From Candidatus Cloacimonadales bacterium (lineage in GTDB: Bacteria > Cloacimonadota > Cloacimonadia > Cloacimonadales > JAIOQZ01): a stretch of 64,000 nucleotides of DNA. Location: contig CAXXTU010000002.1 of assembly GCA_963662655.2 (NCBI GenBank), positions 1,280,001-1,344,000 of the forward strand, read 5' to 3'. A program made the position numbers and the translations under genes. The notes beneath the pieces are model-generated. The model searched no databases. It saw nothing but the letters and a program-made list of their open reading frames with translations, and had not been told where the DNA came from. Shown one piece after another: positions 51,731-62,153 of the stretch (position 1 is its first letter; each line of letters starts with the position of its first letter).

Positions 51731-54313
51731 TTATTTAGCGGCGAGCACACGCGCCTTCAAATCCTCGATACCCACGAAATCGGGGTTGATCTCTTCGATC
51801 TGACTGATCTCGGCGAGCGAGTCGTCGTACCTTCCACACTCGAAGAAGATACCGGCCGCCACAAACCGGATGTTGATGCTCTCGGGATGCCGCGAGATGT
51901 ACTTGCTCAGAGGTGCGATGACCAGATTGAAGTCACGCGTACGGTAAGCGATGTTCATCAATCCTTCGATCGCGCTGAGGTTATCCGGATTCTGCTCCGT
52001 AAGCTCCTGTAAGATGTCCTTCGCGCTATCCAGATCCCCTTTCGCGAGGAGGATCGATGAAATCCCGTACATGACCTGCACGTTTCCCGGGGCGATCTCG
52101 TCCGCACGCTGAAGCAGCGGCAACGCTTTCTCCGGCTCGTTCAGGATCAGGTAGCACGAGCCCAGCGTGATCAGGATATCCGGGATGGTGTCGTCGATAT
52201 CGTAGGCTTCCTGGATGAAGCTCAGCGCTTCCGAAGCGCGACTGAGTTTGATCAGGAGCTTGGCCTTCAGTGTGAGAACGTGCAGCAGGATGCTTCGATC
52301 GAAAACCGAGAGGGTATCGATCGTCTGAATTTTCTCCAGCGCTTGACCGTACAACTCCTGTTTGTCCAGCGCAACTGCCGCCATCCATGCGACCTCGGGA
52401 TCGGAAGGAATCATCGCCTCGTAAACGTCCACCTTCTCGTATTTGCCTTGCTTGAAAAGGTAGCGAATCAGCTCTTTCACCTTGCTTGTGTCCGAGGGAT
52501 TCTCTTCGATCTGGCGAATCAACGATTCTTCCCTCTCATCGCTCTCCGTGCCGTCGTCTTCCACGATTTTCAACGCACTCGATGTTTGCCGGACATTTCC
52601 GCCGGAACCGCTGTCAAGGTCGTTGAACTGGAGTCCCGGGAAGGAGAATCCGCCTACTTTTTCCAGAATCGAGACCTCTTTACGCGTAATGTAGGAATCC
52701 AGCGCGAGAGCCGAGATTTTCCCGTCGAGATGCATCGCGCGGAAGATTTCCAGCCAGCTCAGGTTTTTCAGCTCCGGATTCGTGAATATATCCGTCCTTT
52801 CCCAAAGCTCTTTCCTGGACGCAAACACCGGCGTTTCCTGGTATACCGTCTCTTTCCACTGGCCTGTCATGGCGTAGGTGAGTTGCCAGCCGATCAGGTG
52901 CTTGGGCATCTCGTCCGAGACGCGCACGTGGAACCGGAGCTGTTGCAACGTCAGTTCATCCGAATCCTCACATAGCGGGATGATCAAACCGATGCGCTCA
53001 TTCAGGAGCAAGTGGTTGTTCAGCAGGCATGCCATCATGGGCGAAAACTCCCACCTGGCATCCGCATAGATAAAATTCTTTGTCTTGATCTTGTCGAGCG
53101 CGTTCAGTACGGTTTGTAATGGCGTTGCGCCCGATTGGATATCGCCGCCCTGCCTTCCCGCGATCAGAATGTCATAACGATTCAAAAATTTCTTGCTGAC
53201 GGACGACACATCGTATCCGTCTGGGTTATCGATGATAATGGTTCCGCGCGCCACATCCTCCTGCAGAAGGGTCAGGGCGCGGCATACGATCTTCTCGGCG
53301 CTGGTTCCGTCGCGAACGCTGATGAATTGCCGGGCAATCTCACGATTCCTGTCGCTCAGCGTCTGTTTCAGCAGCAGCGAGAACACCCTCTCCTGCAACT
53401 GGTCCAGGGAGGTGATTCGCGTCCCGACATCGCGATACTTGTATTCGAGGTCGTCGGGAGAATAGTTCGGGTAGTCCTTCTGGGTCGGGCTATCGAAAAG
53501 CAGCACCGGTTTATCGAGCGCTGCGAACTCGAAGATGACCGACGAGACATCCGAGATGAGGATGTCAGCCGCGGCAAACGATGGCGAGATATCCATCGAT
53601 TCGGAGTAGTATATATTCTCGTCGCGCTCCGCCAGGATGCGATATTCCCGCTTCCATTCCTCAGGAGCAGCGCCGTGCAGCTTGATGATGATATTCAAGT
53701 AGTTCGGCAAGTACTTACGAAAATCGGTCCGCAGATAGGGGACGATGCTCAGCTCGCGGTTGAATGTAGGAGCAAAGAGGATGGTCTTGTTATCGGGATT
53801 GAGCCCCATGCCCCGAAGCACTTCGTTGCGGTTCCACTCGCCCATGAAGAGGCTGTCGAGCTTGGCCATTCCGGTAACTTCGATGGGAACTCGAACCTGC
53901 TTCTCCAGGATTTCCTTGTGAATCGTACCGGGAACACACATCAGGTCGGCGCAGTTCTCCCGTCGGCTGATGAGCTTGTCCGTAAAAAACCACCCTTTGC
54001 TGATGGTGCCGTGCCCCACGTTGACGATCTTCCCGAGCCCTTCCACATACTGGTAGCTGAAATCTGCCAGGAATGTGATATCCGGCTCCCACTGATAAGG
54101 GTCGTCCACCAGTTCGTACGGAATCCGAACGTTTTCTTTGAGGACTTGCCTGCGCAGCCCCCGCCCGGGAATCCCTTCCTGCGATTCAAAATACTCTACG
54201 GTTCCAATTCCTATTTCACCCAGACCGATATCATGAATGTATTCCATCAACGGTACCAGCATGGGTAGATGAAGTTCGCGTTCGAGAAAGAAGAAAAATC
54301 TTCTCTTCATCAT
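51731..54313 (-). CDS. CDP-glycerol glycerophosphotransferase (TagF/EpsJ-like) domain protein with C-terminal TPRs
   Basis: HGTISKG, TGMAKLD, ILFAPTFN, KLHG and ADILISDVSSVIFEFAALDKP; TPR repeats in the last ~250 aa. Confidence 0.8.
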   Translation of the reverse strand: MMKRRFFFFLERELHLPMLVPLMEYIHDIGLGEIGIGTVEYFESQEGIPGRGLRRQVLKENVRIPYELVDDPYQWEPDITFLADFSYQYVEGLGKIVNVGHGTISKGWFFTDKLISRRENCADLMCVPGTIHKEILEKQVRVPIEVTGMAKLDSLFMGEWNRNEVLRGMGLNPDNKTILFAPTFNRELSIVPYLRTDFRKYLPNYLNIIIKLHGAAPEEWKREYRILAERDENIYYSESMDISPSFAAADILISDVSSVIFEFAALDKPVLLFDSPTQKDYPNYSPDDLEYKYRDVGTRITSLDQLQERVFSLLLKQTLSDRNREIARQFISVRDGTSAEKIVCRALTLLQEDVARGTIIIDNPDGYDVSSVSKKFLNRYDILIAGRQGGDIQSGATPLQTVLNALDKIKTKNFIYADARWEFSPMMACLLNNHLLLNERIGLIIPLCEDSDELTLQQLRFHVRVSDEMPKHLIGWQLTYAMTGQWKETVYQETPVFASRKELWERTDIFTNPELKNLSWLEIFRAMHLDGKISALALDSYITRKEVSILEKVGGFSFPGLQFNDLDSGSGGNVRQTSSALKIVEDDGTESDEREESLIRQIEENPSDTSKVKELIRYLFKQGKYEKVDVYEAMIPSDPEVAWMAAVALDKQELYGQALEKIQTIDTLSVFDRSILLHVLTLKAKLLIKLSRASEALSFIQEAYDIDDTIPDILITLGSCYLILNEPEKALPLLQRADEIAPGNVQVMYGISSILLAKGDLDSAKDILQELTEQNPDNLSAIEGLMNIAYRTRDFNLVIAPLSKYISRHPESINIRFVAAGIFFECGRYDDSLAEISQIEEINPDFVGIEDLKARVLAAK

Positions 54314-54340
54314 TGCTCCTTACACTGCCGGTTCAAGTTT

Positions 54341-57172
54341 CTATTTTTTCATCTCGTCTTGAAGATATTTCACATACGGGCCGACGGTTTCATCGCCCTG
54401 ATACGCCCTGATCTTTTCGAGGAGAGCAAGACCCTCTTCATACAATTGGGCGTATATGATCGGGCCCACGACCGCTCCGCAAAGCCGCGGATTCAGCGGG
54501 TCGATCTCGATGGCCCTTTCGAGCATCTTCAAACCCTCTTCCTTTCTATCCTGAGCAAGGAGGAAATCCCCCATGTCGATGTAATTGAGGAAATTCTCCG
54601 GTTCGAGATCAATCGCCTTCTGCATGGTCAGAACAGCTCTTTCCGGATTGCCGTTTTGCAGATAGAGTTCCGCAAGTTCAGCGTAGAAGGCGGCACGATC
54701 TCCCCTGGACAGGCTATCGGAAATCGATTCGAGCTGGGATTCCTGAAGTTTGATCTTCTCGATCATCTCGTCGCGCTTCTGATAGAGCGTCTTCAGGCTT
54801 CTGATCACGCCCTGGTTGTCTTTGACAAACGCCGTGCCTTTTTCCATGTATTCGATGGCGGTATTCAGATCGCCGCGTTCGAGGTAGTATCTGGAAGCGC
54901 GCATGATGTACGATGCGCCGTAGTTTCCGAGAAGCCGCAACGTGTTCGGGTCTTTGTACATGGTGCTGTCGAATATCCCGCGGTACTGGTAAATCTCTTC
55001 AACGTTTTCCAGAAGTCTGTCGATATCCGTATTGTCCTCGCGCCTGACCGGTACCAGACGGTCGATCATACCTTCGTTGCGACGGTAGTTCGCGAGTCCA
55101 AGCTTCTGTACAAAATCGGTTGGTTTCGAGTCGGGAACGGTTACCGCGATGTAGATTGGCCGTTTACCGTAGTTGTCGCGGATAATCTGGAGAGCGGCCA
55201 GCTCGTTGCTGTAGAGTACCGTGTTTTCTTTCAGCTCGATGAAGAAGTCATCCGCCGGATTCTCGGATTCGAGCTTGATCTTTCCGCTGCGCGGCAACTG
55301 AACCGGGTAAAGCGGTGTTTGATACTTGGCCGGTGTAATCAGGCTGTCGGGAAGATTGAACTCGATGCCTTCCTTATCACGAAGCTGCCGGATGTACCAG
55401 CCCGTGTTCAGCAGACTGAGGTTCGCCACCGAGACATCGAGGCGTATGCCCTTGCACTGCTCTTTCTTGTATTCCATCGCCTGCGCGATCATTTCCTTTG
55501 TCTTGTCGGTCGGATAGACATCCTTCGCGGGGTACATGTGCTCGATTGCGTCGGGATCATGCACCGCCTGCGCATACCAGAGCGGGAAGGTATCGTTGTC
55601 GCCGTTGGTGAAAACAATCGCGTTTTCTTCCAGGCTGTTCAGGAAGTTCATGCCGTAGTCCAGAGCGATAACGTCTTTGGAGCGGTCATGAATGAAGTAT
55701 TGCGTCGCAAAATTTCCGATGGGAATCAGAAGCGCTATCACCAAAACAACATACGCAAACGGCTTGAAGTTGTCCCAGAAAAAGCGTATGGTTCCGATGC
55801 AACCGATCGCCATCCACACCGTCCAGAGGTAATACGCGTTCGTAAAGAAGTATTCGCGGTCACGAACTTCGGCATCGGAAAGGTTCATCACGAAGATCAT
55901 TGCGATCGAGCTCATGAAGTAAAACGAAAAGAAGTAGGCGAATGAATGCTTGTTACGCTTTGCCTGGAAGTAGATACCCGTGAACCCCAGCAGCGCGACG
56001 ATCAGGTTGGCCATCGTCTGGAAAAGTTGCTGTCCGCCGCCAAGCCATTCACCGATGACATCCGCGCGGAAGAACTGCCACGAGAAATAACGCAGGAAGT
56101 GGAAGTCGAACTGGTAGAAGAGTGAGGCTCTGCGCTCCATAAAACTCGTCGCGCCGTACTGCCGGCGGAGAATGTAGTCCATGAAGAGCGGGATGTTGTG
56201 TGGATAGCCTTCATTGATGAAGGGTCGCAGCGAGGAGCGAACCAGCAGAAACACGTGCGAGCTGAGCCCGATAATCACAAAGAGCAAGGCGAGCTGCCAG
56301 GTTTTGAGCGCGACCTTATCTCGCAGATGGAACCAGAGAAGGCCGATCGCCGTTAGTGCGAACATCCATTTGCCCAGGCTTGGAACGCGAACGCCCTCGC
56401 CAAGCGAGTTGAAGAGAACGTATATGATGACGATTCCGACGAGATAAATGCCGGTGCGTGTCCAAAATCCAGCGCTTCTCGCGTTCATGCGAAGGATCGG
56501 GTAAACCGCCACGAACAGGAACGCTGGGGCGATTTGCAGGGAGGTCTGATGTATACCGAATCCAAGGAAGAATATGTAGATGATCAGAAGCAGGAGATTC
56601 TGGTGCGAAAAATTCCTCGATTTCTCCACCCACACCAGTGTAAGCCACATGATGAGGTTGATGATCAAGCTCAGCCCGGAATAGACTTCCGCCTCGATCG
56701 CGTTGTTCCAGAAGGTGTAGGAGAAGGCGGTCAGCATCGAAGCCAAAATACCAGCGACGTAAACCAGGAGCGGCTTGTCCTCGAACATGCTGACAAGCTT
56801 TACGGTGAACAGGTAAAGGAACATCACGGCGAGCGCAGACATGAGTCCCGAGAGGAAATTGATGACCAGCGCGTGCGGTAAATGCAAACCGAGGATCGCC
56901 GAGAACCTGCCCAGCATGATGTAGAAGGGGTTTCCCGGAGGATGCGGTACACCGAGTATGCTGCTGCATGTGATGTATTCGCCACAATCCCAGAAGGAAA
57001 GCGACCTCGCCTGGGTCATCATGTAAATCGCCAGCGCGATGGCAAACATGGCCAGCGCGATGATCAGATTGGTTCGCTTGTTCACGACCGGTTGCGGGAA
57101 AAGCTTTCGATCGATGTAATAGTCGGCGGGATCCATTGCGCCGGGTCTGATTTTTTTAGTACCGGAAATCAT
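54341..57172 (-). CDS. DUF2723 (TMEM260-like, GT-C fold) membrane protein with C-terminal TPRs
   Basis: SFWDCGEYI...LGVPHPPGNP, AIEAEVY, EVRDREYF and FTNGDNDTFPLWYAQ; many TM helices. Confidence 0.88.
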   Translation of the reverse strand: MISGTKKIRPGAMDPADYYIDRKLFPQPVVNKRTNLIIALAMFAIALAIYMMTQARSLSFWDCGEYITCSSILGVPHPPGNPFYIMLGRFSAILGLHLPHALVINFLSGLMSALAVMFLYLFTVKLVSMFEDKPLLVYVAGILASMLTAFSYTFWNNAIEAEVYSGLSLIINLIMWLTLVWVEKSRNFSHQNLLLLIIYIFFLGFGIHQTSLQIAPAFLFVAVYPILRMNARSAGFWTRTGIYLVGIVIIYVLFNSLGEGVRVPSLGKWMFALTAIGLLWFHLRDKVALKTWQLALLFVIIGLSSHVFLLVRSSLRPFINEGYPHNIPLFMDYILRRQYGATSFMERRASLFYQFDFHFLRYFSWQFFRADVIGEWLGGGQQLFQTMANLIVALLGFTGIYFQAKRNKHSFAYFFSFYFMSSIAMIFVMNLSDAEVRDREYFFTNAYYLWTVWMAIGCIGTIRFFWDNFKPFAYVVLVIALLIPIGNFATQYFIHDRSKDVIALDYGMNFLNSLEENAIVFTNGDNDTFPLWYAQAVHDPDAIEHMYPAKDVYPTDKTKEMIAQAMEYKKEQCKGIRLDVSVANLSLLNTGWYIRQLRDKEGIEFNLPDSLITPAKYQTPLYPVQLPRSGKIKLESENPADDFFIELKENTVLYSNELAALQIIRDNYGKRPIYIAVTVPDSKPTDFVQKLGLANYRRNEGMIDRLVPVRREDNTDIDRLLENVEEIYQYRGIFDSTMYKDPNTLRLLGNYGASYIMRASRYYLERGDLNTAIEYMEKGTAFVKDNQGVIRSLKTLYQKRDEMIEKIKLQESQLESISDSLSRGDRAAFYAELAELYLQNGNPERAVLTMQKAIDLEPENFLNYIDMGDFLLAQDRKEEGLKMLERAIEIDPLNPRLCGAVVGPIIYAQLYEEGLALLEKIRAYQGDETVGPYVKYLQDEMKK

Positions 57173-57789
57173 GTACACTCCCTGACATTCATTATTTTGC
57201 AAAAAACTATGCTTACTCTAAAACGATCTCGACATCCTGCTTTATATCGCCGGTTTCCATCAGTGTTTGGCCAACCTTTTTTATCTCGCTATCGTTCTCC
57301 GAGATTTTTCTGGATATCTTTCGCAAGTTAATCGCGTTGTTTCCGTATCCGAATACGATTCAGTCATTTCATCATTTCAAGAACGAATCGCTCAAAGGCA
57401 GATTAACGTCAAGCAAATAAATACCGAAATATTGAACGGCTGCGAGGGCGCAGTATTACATTCAGGATTATACCGGGGTACATTCCGACCGGACTTCCGT
57501 TCTATCGAACAACATGCCGGGAAAATACTTTCGGGCGATGTGCTGGCTCGCGGTTGCACTCTCTATCCTGGATATCGTCGTGCTTGACAATTTTTATGGA
57601 TTAATAAGGTTGACATCCTGCATCTGGCATACGTAATCGTGCAGCTACACAGTTTCTACATCGCTATGTCATGAATCCGTACTCCAAGGATTGTGGAAAT
57701 TGTTCTCCTGAAACGATTTTCCGGTTGTTTATCGATCGGATTTATGGTATTTCCATCGGAAAGTCGTATAATAATTTGCGGAGGTTAAT

Positions 57790-60126
57790 ATGGGTATTCC
57801 AGCAATTTGGTATATCGCACCGTTCGGCGCGGTATTCGCCCTTATTTTTGCATTTATCCTTTTTATCAATGTCAAACGGGAGAATCCCGGAAGCGACAGG
57901 ATGAAACAGATCGCCCAGTACGTGCGAGACGGAGCATTCGCTTACCTGAGGCAGCAGTACAAAGGCGTTGGCTTGTTCTTCCTGATCGTGTTCATCTTGT
58001 TCAACATCATGGCATGGGGTCTCAAGGTTCTCCACCCGTTGATCCCGTGGGCATTCCTAACAGGTGGTTTCTTCAGCGGTTTGGCCGGTTGGATCGGTAT
58101 GAACACCGCAACGATGGCTTCGAACCGTACCGCTCAGGGAGCTACTGAAAGCTTGAACAAAGGCTTGAAAATCGCATTCCGCGCCGGTGGCGTAATGGGA
58201 CTGGTCGTTGTCGGCCTCGCTTTGATCGACATCTCGATCTGGTTCTACGTGCTCAACGCGATGGAAATGGATTTACACACCATAACCGTTATCATGCTCA
58301 GCTTCGGTATGGGCGCATCCACGCAGGCGCTTTTCGCGCGTCTGGGTGGCGGTATCTACACGAAGGCGGCGGATGTCGGCGCGGATCTCGTTGGTAAAGT
58401 TGAAGCTGGAATTCCTGAAGACGACCCTCGCAACCCCGCAACGATCGCGGACAACGTGGGCGACAACGTGGGCGATGTGGCCGGTATGGGCGCTGACCTC
58501 TACGAATCCTACGCCGGATCGATTCTCGCGACCGCAGCGCTCGGTATGGCGGCTGTCGCTCAGCTCTTTGGCGGAGCGGAAAACTTCCATGAGCTCGCAA
58601 TCAGATTCGTAACCGCACCGATGGTTCTCGCCGGTGTGGGCGCATTCCTTTCCATCATTGGAATCTACATGGCTTCCACTAAAGAGAACGCAACCATGAA
58701 GGATCTCATGTTCGCGCTCAACAAGGGTGTTTACGGAAGCTCAATCCTTATCGCGATCGCTGCGTTCTTCGTTTGCAAGTACATGCTACCTGAGACCGTC
58801 TGGTTCGGTGTGTTCCTGGCATCCGTCATCGGACTTCTGGCCGGTATCCTGATCGGATACTTCACCGAACGGGCAACCTCCGACGCGTACAAACCCACAC
58901 AGGGAATCGCGGAGCAATCGGATTTCGGTCCTGCTACTGTGATCATCGAAGGTCTTGCCGTTGGTATGCAATCGACCATGGCCCCGGTTATCGTGATCGG
59001 TATCGCGATCCTGGCTGCATTCAGTGTCAGCGGCGGTTTCCACAGTCCCGAGATGGGTCTTTACGGAATCGGCTTCGGCGCAGTCGGCATGCTCGCAACC
59101 CTTGGTGTGACCCTGGCGATGGACGCATTCGGCCCAATCGCGGACAACGCGGGTGGTAACGCCGAAATGTGTCACCTTCCCAAGGAAGTCCGCACACGCA
59201 CCGACGCTCTCGACTCCGTGGGTAACACAACCGCGGCGACGGGTAAAGGTTTCGCGATCGGTTCCGCAGCGCTTACCGCGATGGCCCTCCTGGCAGCCTA
59301 CCTCGAGGAAGTCCGTACCGGATTCCTCATGATGGCCGACAAGATGGGTGTCGATCGCGGCCTGCATCAAATCTACATCGCCGTTTCCGACAAGTGGATC
59401 ACCACCCAGAACGCTACGGCTGTCGATTTCATGTACTTTTTCAATGTCAACCTCATGAACCCGAAATTCCTCGTCGGCATCTTCATCGGCGCAATGGTCT
59501 CCTTCGTGTTCGCGGCCCTCACCATGAAGGCTGTGGGACGCGCAGCGGGGGCGATGGTTGCCGAAGTGCGCCGTCAATTCAAGGAAATCCCGGGCATCAT
59601 GGAAGGTAAAGCCGAACCCGAATACGCCAAGTGCGTTATGATATCCACCAAAGGCGCGCAGAAAGAGATGGTCGCTCCGGCCCTTCTCGGTATCCTCACA
59701 CCAATCGCCGTGGGACTGGTTCTCGGCATCGCGGGTGTTCTTGGTCTGCTTGCCGGCGGACTCACGACCGGTTTCGTGCTGGCCGTTATGATGAACAACG
59801 CCGGTGGCGCATGGGACAACGCCAAGAAGTATATCGAAAAAGGTAACTACAACGGCAAGGGCTCCGAAAACCACCACGCGTGTGTTGTTGGCGATACCGT
59901 CGGCGATCCATTCAAGGATACCGCAGGTCCTTCCATCAACATCCTCATCAAGCTCATGAACATGATCAGTATCGTTTTCGCGGGTCTGATCGTCGCGTAC
60001 TCGCCGAAGATCGAAATGCTCTACTCGAAAGAGCAGGTCGAGAAACGCCTGACACGCACAGCGACAGAGCACGTTGAAATCCAGAAGACGCTTCCGGATA
60101 ACAGCGATATCAAATCAACTCGATAA
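57790..60126 (+). CDS. hppA: membrane-integral pyrophosphatase (K+-dependent, probable Na+,H+-PPase)
   Basis: GGGIYTKAADVGADLVGKVE, DNVGDNVGD, GNTTAATGKGF and GDTVGDPFKDT. Confidence 0.97.
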   Translation: MGIPAIWYIAPFGAVFALIFAFILFINVKRENPGSDRMKQIAQYVRDGAFAYLRQQYKGVGLFFLIVFILFNIMAWGLKVLHPLIPWAFLTGGFFSGLAGWIGMNTATMASNRTAQGATESLNKGLKIAFRAGGVMGLVVVGLALIDISIWFYVLNAMEMDLHTITVIMLSFGMGASTQALFARLGGGIYTKAADVGADLVGKVEAGIPEDDPRNPATIADNVGDNVGDVAGMGADLYESYAGSILATAALGMAAVAQLFGGAENFHELAIRFVTAPMVLAGVGAFLSIIGIYMASTKENATMKDLMFALNKGVYGSSILIAIAAFFVCKYMLPETVWFGVFLASVIGLLAGILIGYFTERATSDAYKPTQGIAEQSDFGPATVIIEGLAVGMQSTMAPVIVIGIAILAAFSVSGGFHSPEMGLYGIGFGAVGMLATLGVTLAMDAFGPIADNAGGNAEMCHLPKEVRTRTDALDSVGNTTAATGKGFAIGSAALTAMALLAAYLEEVRTGFLMMADKMGVDRGLHQIYIAVSDKWITTQNATAVDFMYFFNVNLMNPKFLVGIFIGAMVSFVFAALTMKAVGRAAGAMVAEVRRQFKEIPGIMEGKAEPEYAKCVMISTKGAQKEMVAPALLGILTPIAVGLVLGIAGVLGLLAGGLTTGFVLAVMMNNAGGAWDNAKKYIEKGNYNGKGSENHHACVVGDTVGDPFKDTAGPSINILIKLMNMISIVFAGLIVAYSPKIEMLYSKEQVEKRLTRTATEHVEIQKTLPDNSDIKSTR

Positions 60127-60171
60127 ATCATTCCCGGAGCGGGATCGAGAGGTCTCGCTCCTTTCTTCATC

Positions 60172-61020
60172 ATGAAACGAACACTCATCCTTTTCGGCAT
60201 CCTCATGGTTATCCTGCTTGGATTCTTCCTCTTCAGCAAGACGAAGAACGCAGCGCTAGGATTTGTCGTGACCTCCCCGGAGGCAGCGGAAATCCTCTGC
60301 GCCATCGGAGCGGAGGGCCGGATCGTAGCCGTCACCGCAGAGTGTGATTATCCTCCGTCGCTTCAGCAATTACCCAAGGTGGGATCCTTTTCGCAGATCA
60401 GCATCGAGGAAGTCCTCGGCTACAATCCCAAGCTCGTTTTCGCCACGGTTCCCACGCAGCAGGCATTCATCCATGATCTGGCAAAGCTGGGTGTTCAAAC
60501 GGAAACCGTATACATGCGAACCTTCGACGACCTGCTTCGAACAATCGACCGTTTCGGAACGCTTTCCGATCTGGAATCGGATGCAAGCGCTCTTTCCGCG
60601 CGTCTACGCACGACGATCGAGCAATACACCCTTGCGCCGGACTACCGCCCCTGGGTCTATGTCGAAATCGGCGATCACTTCTGGACCGCGTCCGACAACA
60701 CATTCCTCGGAGACATGATCCGTCACGCGGGGGGACGCGTTCTCTTCCACGATCTCCCTAACGATTATGGGAAGGCCTCGCAGGAAGAGGTTGCCGCACG
60801 GAATCCCGACGTGATATTCGTCACCTACCCGGGCGTTTCCACAAGCGATGTGAGAAGCCGGCGCGGATGGCAGGACATCACCGCCTGCAAGGAGAATCGC
60901 ATCATCACGCTCGAAGACATCGACGCGGACATCGTCAACCGCGCAACGCCGCGCTCCGTTGACGCTCTGCGCGTGCTGGGAGAACTCCTTCACAAGGTTC
61001 CGGTTCATGACGTCGAGTAG
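60172..61020 (+). CDS. ABC transporter substrate-binding protein (BtuF/FecB-like)
   Basis: SPEAAEILCAIG, CDYP, NPDVI and RRGWQDITACKENRI...RATPR helical-backbone family motifs. Confidence 0.82.
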   Translation: MKRTLILFGILMVILLGFFLFSKTKNAALGFVVTSPEAAEILCAIGAEGRIVAVTAECDYPPSLQQLPKVGSFSQISIEEVLGYNPKLVFATVPTQQAFIHDLAKLGVQTETVYMRTFDDLLRTIDRFGTLSDLESDASALSARLRTTIEQYTLAPDYRPWVYVEIGDHFWTASDNTFLGDMIRHAGGRVLFHDLPNDYGKASQEEVAARNPDVIFVTYPGVSTSDVRSRRGWQDITACKENRIITLEDIDADIVNRATPRSVDALRVLGELLHKVPVHDVE

Positions 61021-61966
61021 CCATAAAACTATCCATTTTCTGCTTCTCGTCCTCATCGCTTTCGCGATCATCGCCGTGTATCTGTGGTTCGACACCGCCG
61101 ACTCCGCCGCCGTGATGAATTTCCGCCTTCCACGACTGCTTCTGGCCTTCGTGGCGGGATTTGTCCTTGCCGGAGTGGGAAGCACGTACCAAGCCCTGCT
61201 GAACAACCCGCTCGCTGAGCCGTACATCCTGGGGACTTCCGCCGGAGCCGCGCTGGGCAGCACTATCGGGATCATCATGAATCTCTGGTGGCTGGTGCCG
61301 GTTTTCGGTTTCATCGGAGCCCTGGCGAGCATGGCCATCGTGTGGTTCCTGGCTCGAGGCAGCGGACTGCTCGATAAAAACCGGCTTCTCCTCTCTGGAA
61401 TTGTGACCGGCATGTTCTTCTCGGCGCTCATTTCCCTCCTGATGTACCTGAATCAGCAGAAATTGGGAAGCATCATCAACATCCTCCTGGGGAATCTCGA
61501 ACCGGTATTCACCGCGAGCGAGTGGTACTTCTTCCTGGGGGTGTCCGGCATTTCGCTGCTCCTGATGCTCTACCTGTTCATGCAAGCGAATCACCTTACC
61601 GCGCTCACTTCGGGAGACCTCATCGCGACCAGCCTCGGTCTCGACGTGCGCAAGATTCGCATCCGCCTCTATATCGTGTGCTCGATCCTGACGGGAATCG
61701 TCGTATCCTACGCGGGAATCATCGGATTCGTCGGGTTGATCGTCCCGCACATGACCCGCATGCTCTTCGGCGTCAATCAGCGCCGCAACATGATCACTGC
61801 GTCGTTTCTCGGCGCCATCCTCCTGATCCTGTGCGATTTCATCGCCAAGCATGTGGGAAAAATCATCTACAGCGGTGTCGCCATCGAAATCCCTGTGGGT
61901 GTTATCACCTCTTTCTTCGGTGCGCCATTCTTCCTCTGGATCATGTCCCGCAGTTCAAAAAACTGA
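61007..61966 (+). CDS. ABC transporter permease (BtuC/FecCD family)
   Basis: RLPRLL, NPLAEPYILGTSAGA, IGFVGLIVPH and IPVGVITSFFGAPFF. Confidence 0.9.
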   Translation: MTSSSHKTIHFLLLVLIAFAIIAVYLWFDTADSAAVMNFRLPRLLLAFVAGFVLAGVGSTYQALLNNPLAEPYILGTSAGAALGSTIGIIMNLWWLVPVFGFIGALASMAIVWFLARGSGLLDKNRLLLSGIVTGMFFSALISLLMYLNQQKLGSIINILLGNLEPVFTASEWYFFLGVSGISLLLMLYLFMQANHLTALTSGDLIATSLGLDVRKIRIRLYIVCSILTGIVVSYAGIIGFVGLIVPHMTRMLFGVNQRRNMITASFLGAILLILCDFIAKHVGKIIYSGVAIEIPVGVITSFFGAPFFLWIMSRSSKN

Positions 61967-62153
61967 TCCGGTTAGTTTCCTGTTAAAACCATCGCCCATC
62001 CCTAACTCCGTTTATTGCTCCAGCAATAACTGAGCAGCCATTCACCCCATTTACTGCGAGTTTATCAACAATTTACAATCCGAATGTAAGAATCTGTGTA
62101 TCGGGATTTGGAACGGTTTTGAGTATTGGAGAATAAATCATAGAGGAAAGGAT

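Noticed and set aside
57200..57789. Long intergenic region upstream of hppA as a riboswitch or small gene
   Set aside because: No recognisable aptamer, terminator or credible ORF; only promoter-like TTGACA boxes are visible.
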